Part shown: one piece after another, positions 37,147-43,833 of the stretch
How positions within the stretch are numbered: position 1 is the stretch's first letter
Layout: each line of letters opens with the position of its first letter
From: Chitinophagales bacterium
GTDB lineage: Bacteria > Bacteroidota > Bacteroidia > Chitinophagales > JADIYW01
NCBI GenBank assembly: GCA_020848255.1
Contig: JADLAJ010000089.1
Span: 1 to 43,833 of the forward strand
Length of the DNA: 43,833 nucleotides
Direction of reading: 5' to 3'
Program-made: the position numbers and the translations under genes
The notes under the pieces: generated by a model
The model's input: the letters and a program-made list of their open reading frames with translations, nothing else
What the model was told of the DNA's origin: nothing
The model's database searches: none

Positions 37147-38253
37147 ATGCGTAAATACTATGTACTTCTGTTGCTTTCATTAAGCATTGCAAGTTGCCAA
37201 AACAGTGACGCCAAAAAATCCGGAAACAACAATGCATCTGAAAATCCGGCAGGTTCGTCTGACTCCAAAACGTCCGGAGCAAAATCTAACGGATACTGGG
37301 AAAAACTGGTAATGAATGAGATAGGTGACGGGAAAGGTGGTGTGGCCGCCATTATGCCAATGCCTGCCGGCTGGAAATTTGTGAAAGGCGGTATCACCGG
37401 TCCACACGGTGTTAAGGTAACTGATTTTGCACTTCGTTCTTTTATGATTAATTACAACCAGAGTTTACAATATGCCTATTCTCAGACCCAACAGCGTTCA
37501 TTACCGGATATTGAAACATTGATACAAGAGGATTTTGTACCGGTAGGTGCAAAAAATGGATTAACTTATATAAAATCTTATGAGTTGCCCGAAGTATCAA
37601 AAATGGATAAATGGTATAGTGACCAATTATTTAAAGCTCTTCCAAGCACTTCCGAAGTAAAAGCATACGGCACGGAATGGAAATACCAAAATGGAAATCC
37701 TTATTTTTTAATCATACATGTGAATGCAAGCACTTCGCAAACCATGCAGAACTGGTATTATATGTCATCCGGTTTGGATGCAGAACCCGCGTATTTTGAA
37801 ACGGCCAAAAAACAATATATTTTTTCTCTGGCAAACACGAGATATAATATCGAACCGATTATAGCATATAACAAAGAAGAAGCACAACGTTGCGGGCAAA
37901 GCTGGGCGGCATTCAACAAAAAAATGGCGGCTAACCAGGCGGCTTTTGAAGCTTCACAGATTGCACACATCAATAAATCAAATGCCATCAACGATGCGAT
38001 TATGAGTAACTGGAAAGCGAATGATGCGGCCAGCGACAGACAACAGGAAAGAACCATAGATGGTATTTACGAACGTACGAATGTACAAAATACGGAAACC
38101 GGCAAAAACTATAAAGTGCAGGAAGGAGCCAATCAATACTGGATGAATAACGACGGAGAATACATCGGCACTAAACAGCAGGGCTATAATCCAAATCTGG
38201 ATGAAAGTATGAACGAGCAGAAATGGCAGGAATTAAAAAGGATAAAAAAATAA
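37147..38253 (+). CDS. hypothetical lipoprotein
   Basis: 368 aa ORF with the lipobox LSIASC. No recognisable catalytic motif. Confidence 0.5.
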   Translation: MRKYYVLLLLSLSIASCQNSDAKKSGNNNASENPAGSSDSKTSGAKSNGYWEKLVMNEIGDGKGGVAAIMPMPAGWKFVKGGITGPHGVKVTDFALRSFMINYNQSLQYAYSQTQQRSLPDIETLIQEDFVPVGAKNGLTYIKSYELPEVSKMDKWYSDQLFKALPSTSEVKAYGTEWKYQNGNPYFLIIHVNASTSQTMQNWYYMSSGLDAEPAYFETAKKQYIFSLANTRYNIEPIIAYNKEEAQRCGQSWAAFNKKMAANQAAFEASQIAHINKSNAINDAIMSNWKANDAASDRQQERTIDGIYERTNVQNTETGKNYKVQEGANQYWMNNDGEYIGTKQQGYNPNLDESMNEQKWQELKRIKK

Positions 38254-38262
38254 ATTTTGCAG

Positions 38263-39315
38263 CTATAGAGAAATATAGAAAGCAAGACTTTCTATAATTT
38301 CTTCTGCGGAGATTTCTATATTGTATTCGCATTTACCGATTTCAGGAAGCAAGGCAGCGAGGATAGTAGCACCTTCATTTTTCTTATCAATGCTCATAAT
38401 GGTCAGCAACTTTTCCGTATCAAAGTCAGTGATATCATATTTAGGAAAATGCTTCAGCAACACTGTCTTAATTTCTTCCAGTTCGCTTTCTGTCAGTCCT
38501 GATTTTTTTACAGAGAGATAAGCCTCGCAAATCATACCGATGGCGATGGCTTCTCCGTGCAGTAAACTATCTTTTTCATTTTCCAAAGAGTACGCTTCTA
38601 TTGCATGTCCAATGGTATGTCCGAAGTTCAAAATCTTGCGCAATCCTTTTTCAAAAGGGTCCGCTTCTACTACTGCTTTTTTTATTTGTAAAGAATGAAA
38701 GACGATATCATTCATGTCTGTATGCAGCACATCCATTTCTTTGTATTGCTGCCACTGATCCTGATCCTGAATCAACCCATGTTTGAAAATCTCTGCCCAT
38801 CCGTTAATAAACTGGCGCTGCGGTAATGTTTTAAAAAATACCGGAGAAATAAAAACCGCTTTCGGATTCCGGAACAAGCCGATTAAATTTTTTCCATATT
38901 TAAAATCGATGCCTAATTTACCGCCGATGGATGAATCTACCTGCGATAACAAAGTTGTAGGAATGTTGATGAAATCAACACCGCGTTTGTAGCAACTTGC
39001 CGCAAAGCCGCCCATATCTCCTATTACGCCACCGCCGAGATTTACAAATAGTGTTTTTCTGTCGGCATTATGTTCTATCAACTGCTGCCAGATACTTTCA
39101 CAGGTACTAAGATTTTTATTTGTTTCTCCGCTTTTTGTTTCAATTACAGTATATGAGGAAATGACTTTACCTAAAACAGGTAAACAATGCAGCTTTGTGT
39201 TTTCATCCACTAAAACAAAAACGGAAGAATAATTAGCCGCAGACATAAAATCCTTTACCGATTCCAAAGAATCATCAAAAATTATTTCATAATCGTTAAG
39301 TTGTATATCTTTCAT
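38263..39315 (-). CDS. aroB: 3-dehydroquinate synthase
   Basis: 350 aa ORF with LGGGVIGDMGGFAA, NFGHTIGHAIE and HGEAIAIGM. Confidence 0.9.
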   Translation of the reverse strand: MKDIQLNDYEIIFDDSLESVKDFMSAANYSSVFVLVDENTKLHCLPVLGKVISSYTVIETKSGETNKNLSTCESIWQQLIEHNADRKTLFVNLGGGVIGDMGGFAASCYKRGVDFINIPTTLLSQVDSSIGGKLGIDFKYGKNLIGLFRNPKAVFISPVFFKTLPQRQFINGWAEIFKHGLIQDQDQWQQYKEMDVLHTDMNDIVFHSLQIKKAVVEADPFEKGLRKILNFGHTIGHAIEAYSLENEKDSLLHGEAIAIGMICEAYLSVKKSGLTESELEEIKTVLLKHFPKYDITDFDTEKLLTIMSIDKKNEGATILAALLPEIGKCEYNIEISAEEIIESLAFYISL

Positions 39316-39427
39316 ATTTATTTTTTGTCAGAATTGGGATTTATTGGATTTAAAGATTTCGGGATTATAAGTATCCAATCATTCATTAATCTTGTAAATC
39401 CATCCCGATAGTTATCGGGACAGACCT

Positions 39428-39724
39428 TTAAGGCAAATCCACTATTTTATCAAAACTCCACACTTCTGCTTTGGCACCAAACCATTGTTTTACCGTTTTC
39501 CAGAACTGCAAAAAGAAAGCAGAATCCCGGTATTTATCGAGATAGACTTCACTATCCCACAAACTATAGGTAAAAAAAATGGACGGATTATTTATATCCT
39601 GCCAGGCCTGCAGTAAATTACAGCCTTCCTGATGGCGGATGGTATCGCACACGGTAGCGAAGTACGTTTTAAACGTTTCCACTTCTTCTTCCCGCATCGT
39701 CAGTTTTACTATTCTGATAATCAT
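39428..39724 (-). CDS. antibiotic biosynthesis monooxygenase (ABM)-like small protein
   Basis: 98 aa ORF with a ferredoxin-like pattern (IVKLTMREEEVETFKTYF...GCNLLQAWQD...FFTYSLWDSE). Its start overlaps the upstream stop by 4 nt. Confidence 0.55.
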   Translation of the reverse strand: MIIRIVKLTMREEEVETFKTYFATVCDTIRHQEGCNLLQAWQDINNPSIFFTYSLWDSEVYLDKYRDSAFFLQFWKTVKQWFGAKAEVWSFDKIVDLP

Positions 39725-40488
39725 TCAAATAATATTTGCACGGCATCGCCTTTTGTTAAACCTAACAAATCGGCGGCATTACCGCAGTTAATACACAATT
39801 CAAGATATCCCAGCGAATTAAATCTCGCTAAACTATATGTTTGCGGAACATCTGTATAATTTTCTACCATCCGATCGATAAAATCATATTTGCGGTAATT
39901 GATACGCATCTGTTTGTTCTTATCAAACCTTTTGATTTCATCCACATGAATATTGGTAATTGCATTGCCAAAATTATCTACATAAATGACATTACCAATA
40001 ATTTTATCTTCCTGCAGCACCGGCATCATGGCTCTTTTTTCCACATAATCAGAAGTGGCAATACCGATAGAACCGATGTTGTTATTAAACGTAATTTCTT
40101 TTACCACACGGCAGTAATACTCTTCCAGCGTATTCAGTTTTGCCTGCTTCATATCAATCTCTACAATCAAATCCGGTTTTTCATCAAATACCAAGGTCAG
40201 AAAACCATTATCCGGAGCAATGAAGTAGTAATTCTGGTACTTTGCGGCCAGTAATTTTTGTTTTCCCAGGCCCTGTTCATATACTCTGGCAATGTGAATA
40301 GTGCCTTTCGGGTAATGTGCGTATACATTTTTCAGAAAAAAAGCGCCGGTAACAATATCGTACGGCGGTATGGAATGTGAGATATCCACAATCTTGGCAG
40401 AGGGGCTGGAAGCGTATAAATCGCCTTTAAATAAGCCCACATAGTAGTCTTTATCTCCAAAGTCTGTTAATAACGTTATTACTGCCAT
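39721..40488 (-). CDS. SAM hydrolase / SAM-dependent halogenase family protein (DUF62)
   Basis: 255 aa ORF with the family-typical N-terminus ITLLTDFGDKDYYVGLFKG. Confidence 0.8.
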   Translation of the reverse strand: MAVITLLTDFGDKDYYVGLFKGDLYASSPSAKIVDISHSIPPYDIVTGAFFLKNVYAHYPKGTIHIARVYEQGLGKQKLLAAKYQNYYFIAPDNGFLTLVFDEKPDLIVEIDMKQAKLNTLEEYYCRVVKEITFNNNIGSIGIATSDYVEKRAMMPVLQEDKIIGNVIYVDNFGNAITNIHVDEIKRFDKNKQMRINYRKYDFIDRMVENYTDVPQTYSLARFNSLGYLELCINCGNAADLLGLTKGDAVQILFE

Positions 40489-40587
40489 TTAAAATTTTAT
40501 GCTATTTTCAAATTGATAACAATATTCAGCAATACAAAGGAAGTGAAAAAATATTCTTTGTATTCGAAAACAAAAATAAGAAAATAA

Positions 40588-41559
40588 TTGAGCGAACTAA
40601 CTATTAAATTAGAAACTGTCGATCCGGTAGAGTTCTTCGGTTTCAACAACAACAAGCTTAAAATTCTGAAAAAAGAATTTAACAGGCTTAACATCAGCGC
40701 AAGAGGCAATAAAATAATAGTTGCCGGCTCACAGGAAGACCTGGAAATTTTCAGCGAAAAAGTACACCAGCTCGTGGAATACCTCGAACGCTACGGAAAA
40801 ATCTCCGACCAGCACATCGAGGAAATCCTGCATGGCAGAAATCCGTATGAAACGAATTTCCCGCAGTTTCAGGATAATGTGCTGGTGTATGGCAACAACG
40901 GCACACTGGTTCGTGCCCGAACCGAAAACCAGCAAAAGCTCGTGGATTCTTCTGAAAACAACGACATCTTATTTGCTATCGGACCTGCCGGAACCGGAAA
41001 AACCTATACTGCGGTGGCCTTAGCCGTTCGTGCGCTGAAAAATAAATCGGTGAAGAAAATCATTCTGACAAGACCTGCTGTGGAAGCCGGTGAAAGTCTG
41101 GGATTTTTACCCGGTGATTTAAAAGAAAAAATAGACCCATATTTACGTCCGTTATACGACGCACTGGACGATATGATTCCGCCGGATAAACTGGCGTATT
41201 ATATGCAAAACCGTGTTATTGAAGTGGCACCACTGGCTTATATGCGCGGTCGTACCCTGGATAACGCCTTTATGATTCTGGATGAAGCACAGAATGCCAC
41301 GACTTTACAGTTAAAAATGTTTTTAACCCGTATCGGACCATCAGCGCAGTGTATCATCACCGGTGATATGACGCAGATAGATTTGCCTAAAAACCAGCAA
41401 TCCGGTTTGAAGAAAACCATGCAGATTTTAGACGGTATTGAAGGCATCGGCATGGTGCATCTTTCTGCAGAAGATGTGGTGCGTCACCGCTTAGTGAAAG
41501 ATATCATTAAAGCTTTTGATAAAGACGCTGAGCGCGAGCAGCACTTCAAAAATAATTAA
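40588..41559 (+). CDS. phoH: PhoH family ATPase
   Basis: 323 aa ORF with Walker A GPAGTGKTY and ILDEAQN. TTG start. Confidence 0.9.
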   Translation: MSELTIKLETVDPVEFFGFNNNKLKILKKEFNRLNISARGNKIIVAGSQEDLEIFSEKVHQLVEYLERYGKISDQHIEEILHGRNPYETNFPQFQDNVLVYGNNGTLVRARTENQQKLVDSSENNDILFAIGPAGTGKTYTAVALAVRALKNKSVKKIILTRPAVEAGESLGFLPGDLKEKIDPYLRPLYDALDDMIPPDKLAYYMQNRVIEVAPLAYMRGRTLDNAFMILDEAQNATTLQLKMFLTRIGPSAQCIITGDMTQIDLPKNQQSGLKKTMQILDGIEGIGMVHLSAEDVVRHRLVKDIIKAFDKDAEREQHFKNN

Positions 41560-41588
41560 GCTATTTCTCCTTATTTGTTTTTTTATTA

Positions 41589-41623
41589 CGTTTCCAAAGT
41601 TGGGCTTTGGAAACGTTTTTTTA
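41589..41623 (+). terminator. rho-independent terminator of phoH
   Basis: cgtttccaaag-ttgg-gctttggaaacg hairpin followed by ttttttta. Confidence 0.7.
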
Positions 41624-41913
41624 TTTTAATAAATTCTAAATAGAATAGACCTGGAACACAAAGATGCGACCGAATAGAGTTAGGTTTTATTGGACACAGC
41701 AATAGCTGTAAAATAAACGAAGGGAAGGCAATCAGCATTTGCGTTTATTTTATCAGCGGTTGACCTTCGACGAAGGAGAAGTCAAATTGCCTTGTACAAT
41801 AAAAAAGCTTTTTGGTTACTTTTTTGGCTTCAAAAAGTGACAAATAAAATCTCCGTGTTTGGTGGTATAGGAAACGATTTCCTTTTCGTATAAATTTCAT
41901 AAAAATTAATACT

Positions 41914-42498
41914 ATGAGCGAACTAACTTTAAGAGCGAACAACGGAGCACATTACAAAACGGATTTTCTTTCCTGGTTTGACGGCATCGATGCTATGCTG
42001 AAACCGACACCAGATGCGCCACTGCCCAATGTGCTGGTGCATGTAGCCAGAATCACCAAAACACCGGCAGGCATGACACCGGGCGGCATGTTACTCATCA
42101 ATCCTGACAACAAAGAAATGCCGGACGTATTCGGATTTATCTGCGAAGACGAAGAGTTGGGGAAATATTACGGACCGAAAATTTTCAAAGGCACACCGTT
42201 TGAAAACGCGCCGGTACTGAAAGCGAACATTTCCGTGCAGGTGGATTTCCCTAATAAGGTAAATACCAGAATAGAAGTAGCCGGACACGTGATAGAACTG
42301 GAATTATCAGAATTTGACGAAGCGCAATATTACAATCGTGTGGGCGGCATGCCATTTACACAAAATGTAGTGGAAGCGCTGGCACATAAAGCGGTTATTA
42401 AATTTGACGGCAGAATTTTGGAAGGTGCATTGCCACCGGACGGCATTGGCGGCGGATTACCGGCGGTATATTCACCGAGTGGCTTATACTACATCTAA
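41914..42498 (+). CDS. hypothetical protein
   Basis: 194 aa ORF with flank-like GC content, followed by a clean terminator. No recognised motif. Confidence 0.55.
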   Translation: MSELTLRANNGAHYKTDFLSWFDGIDAMLKPTPDAPLPNVLVHVARITKTPAGMTPGGMLLINPDNKEMPDVFGFICEDEELGKYYGPKIFKGTPFENAPVLKANISVQVDFPNKVNTRIEVAGHVIELELSEFDEAQYYNRVGGMPFTQNVVEALAHKAVIKFDGRILEGALPPDGIGGGLPAVYSPSGLYYI

Positions 42499-42526
42499 TT
42501 TTTATCTCATTTTTGTTTTTATATAT

Positions 42527-42552
42527 GCAACCCGAAAGGGTTGCTTTTTTTA
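42527..42552 (+). terminator. rho-independent terminator
   Basis: gcaaccc-gaaa-gggttgc hairpin followed by tttttttta. Confidence 0.7.
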
Positions 42553-42608
42553 TTTAAATTTTATGGAAATTTAGCTGTTTTTGTCTCTCAATAGTAAACA
42601 ACAAACTA

Positions 42609-43673
42609 ATGGCTGTAGCAATAAAATATGAATTGGATGTACATGAAGGTAAAAATGTTATTCTGATAAAATTTCCATACGACAAGGAATTGGTGGAACG
42701 GGTAAAAAAGCTGGTGGGTGTAAAATGGAGCCAAAGTAAAAAAGCCTGGTATGTGTTGGATACGCAACAATACCGCGAAAAGTTTGGAATGGAAAATAAA
42801 CCTATTGGTAAAGAAATCTTATTAAAAATTCATCCAATAAATCAAGATGCCCTCCGTTCGTTAATAGAAATGCTACAATTGAAAGTATATAGCCAGAGTA
42901 CGATAAAAACATACCGGAATGAATTTGCGCAACTATTGTATATCTTAAAAGATTTTCCTGTAGAGAATTGTGATGCATCTAAATTAAAAAGCTATCTATT
43001 ATATTGTATAAATGAGTTAAAACTGACAGAAGCTACTTTGCACAGTCGCATGAATGCTATAAAGTTTTATTTTGAACAGGTATTGAAAAGAGATAAGTTA
43101 TTTATGGAAATACCTCGACCAATCAAGCCATCTAAATTACCTAAAGTGATTAATGCACAAGATATTAAAAAGCTCTTTGAACAAACAATCAATTTAAAAC
43201 ACAATACCATGTTGAAGTTATGCTATGGCATGGGTTTGCGTGTTTCTGAGATTATAAATCTGAAAATTGTTGATATTGATAGTAAAAACATGCAAGTATT
43301 TATTGAAAGAGCTAAAGGGAAAAAAGACCGATATGTAAATTTACCGGAGAGCATTTTAGAACAATTACGAGCATACTTTAAAGAATACAAGCCCAAAAAA
43401 TATCTTTTTGAAGGGCAATATGGTGAAAGATATAGTACCAGAAGTGCACAAAAAGTTTTTAAAGCAGCTATGAACAAATCACATATAAATAAAGATGTAG
43501 GCATACATAGTTTGCGCCACAGCTTTGCCACGCATTTGTTAGAAAATGGAACAGATATTAGCTTTATACAACAATTATTAGGGCATAATAGCATTCATAC
43601 GACATTGATATATACTCATGTAACTAAGAAAGATTTAAAAAAGATAAAGAGTCCACTAGATAATATTCAGTAA
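42609..43673 (+). CDS. tyrosine-type site-specific recombinase/integrase
   Basis: 354 aa ORF with GMGLRVSEIINLK (Arg), HSLRHSFATHLL (HxxR) and LLGHNSIHTTLIYTHV (His, Tyr), plus an N-terminal SAM-like domain. AT-rich compared with the preceding genes. Confidence 0.85.
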   Translation: MAVAIKYELDVHEGKNVILIKFPYDKELVERVKKLVGVKWSQSKKAWYVLDTQQYREKFGMENKPIGKEILLKIHPINQDALRSLIEMLQLKVYSQSTIKTYRNEFAQLLYILKDFPVENCDASKLKSYLLYCINELKLTEATLHSRMNAIKFYFEQVLKRDKLFMEIPRPIKPSKLPKVINAQDIKKLFEQTINLKHNTMLKLCYGMGLRVSEIINLKIVDIDSKNMQVFIERAKGKKDRYVNLPESILEQLRAYFKEYKPKKYLFEGQYGERYSTRSAQKVFKAAMNKSHINKDVGIHSLRHSFATHLLENGTDISFIQQLLGHNSIHTTLIYTHVTKKDLKKIKSPLDNIQ

Positions 43674-43683
43674 TTATGTTGTT

Positions 43684-43743
43684 CGCATTTTGTATTGTCG
43701 CCAGATAAAACAATACAAAATACGAAGTACGCATTTTGTATTG
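43684..43743. repeat. direct/inverted/direct 14-mer set (cgcattttgtattg)
   Basis: A1 at 43684..43697; inverted copy caatacaaaatacg at 43711..43724 (one mismatch); A2 at 43730..43743. Both direct copies are followed by ccag within a few nt. Confidence 0.85.
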
Positions 43744-43833
43744 CCAGTAAATCTAAGCTATTGACAAATAGTTAATTATAATTAAAAGTACAAATATTTT
43801 GAAAATACATCAATTTCGCCTATTTTAGAGTTA

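Noticed and set aside
41712-41751. Inverted repeat aaataaacg ... cgtttattt upstream of 41914 as a possible riboswitch or regulatory hairpin
   Set aside because: It is a 9-bp AT-rich stem with a 22-nt loop and resembles no riboswitch class I know. The evidence is insufficient.
40588-41931. phoH (40588) and the hypothetical gene (41914) both begin with the same 15 nt after the start codon's first base (TGAGCGAACTAACT, encoding MSELT)
   Set aside because: The identity stops after 15 nt and the proteins are otherwise unrelated. It is most likely coincidence.
41745-41942. Minus-strand ORF 41745..41942 in the phoH-downstream intergenic region
   Set aside because: It is short and basic/low-complexity, it overlaps the start of the plus-strand gene, and it has no motif support.

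Overview
This window looks like a Bacteroidota-type chromosome, judged from gene content and small families such as DUF6660, HYC_CC_PP, DUF3347 and DUF3703. No search was run. Housekeeping flanks have visibly higher GC than the centre. The left flank carries an ATP-grasp/alpha-E/transglutaminase operon plus aat and clpS. The right flank carries glpK, sucD, mlaEF, tpx, aroB and phoH. Between them sits an AT-richer integrative island of about 22.9 kb (about 4039..26909) inserted in the 3' half of a tRNA-Met(CAU) gene. The intact tRNA lies at 26886..26959 (-). Its displaced native 3' half lies at 3997..4038, and an 18-bp identical core marks both junctions. The island has three parts: (a) a tyrosine integrase with an overlapping small Xis-like gene next to the tRNA; (b) a co-directional metal-resistance array of about 17 kb; (c) a left-hand accessory module. 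The metal array encodes a DUF6660 protein, a CzcA-type RND pump fused in frame to a TolC-like outer membrane factor, and a His-rich adaptor. It continues with DUF3703, a secreted HMA protein, a Zn/Cd-type P1B ATPase and an HYC_CC_PP protein. It ends with three HMBD/DUF3347 proteins, a heme-binding-domain protein, a Cu-type P1B ATPase and a multicopper oxidase fused to a CopB-like domain. The accessory module encodes an HUH/Rep-like protein and a tightly overlapping SHOCT/DUF2752/SHOCT three-gene operon of unknown function. An XRE regulator is transcribed divergently from that operon, and a short catalytic-domain-only tyrosine recombinase follows it. Just outside the island, a possibly frameshifted GIY-YIG gene is bracketed by a perfect 71-bp direct repeat containing the tRNA terminator and a tRNA 3' fragment. 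A second AT-rich tyrosine recombinase, followed by a direct/inverted/direct 14-mer site, sits at the right window edge. No CRISPR array or rRNA was seen. All product calls come from motif recognition by eye and are not database hits.
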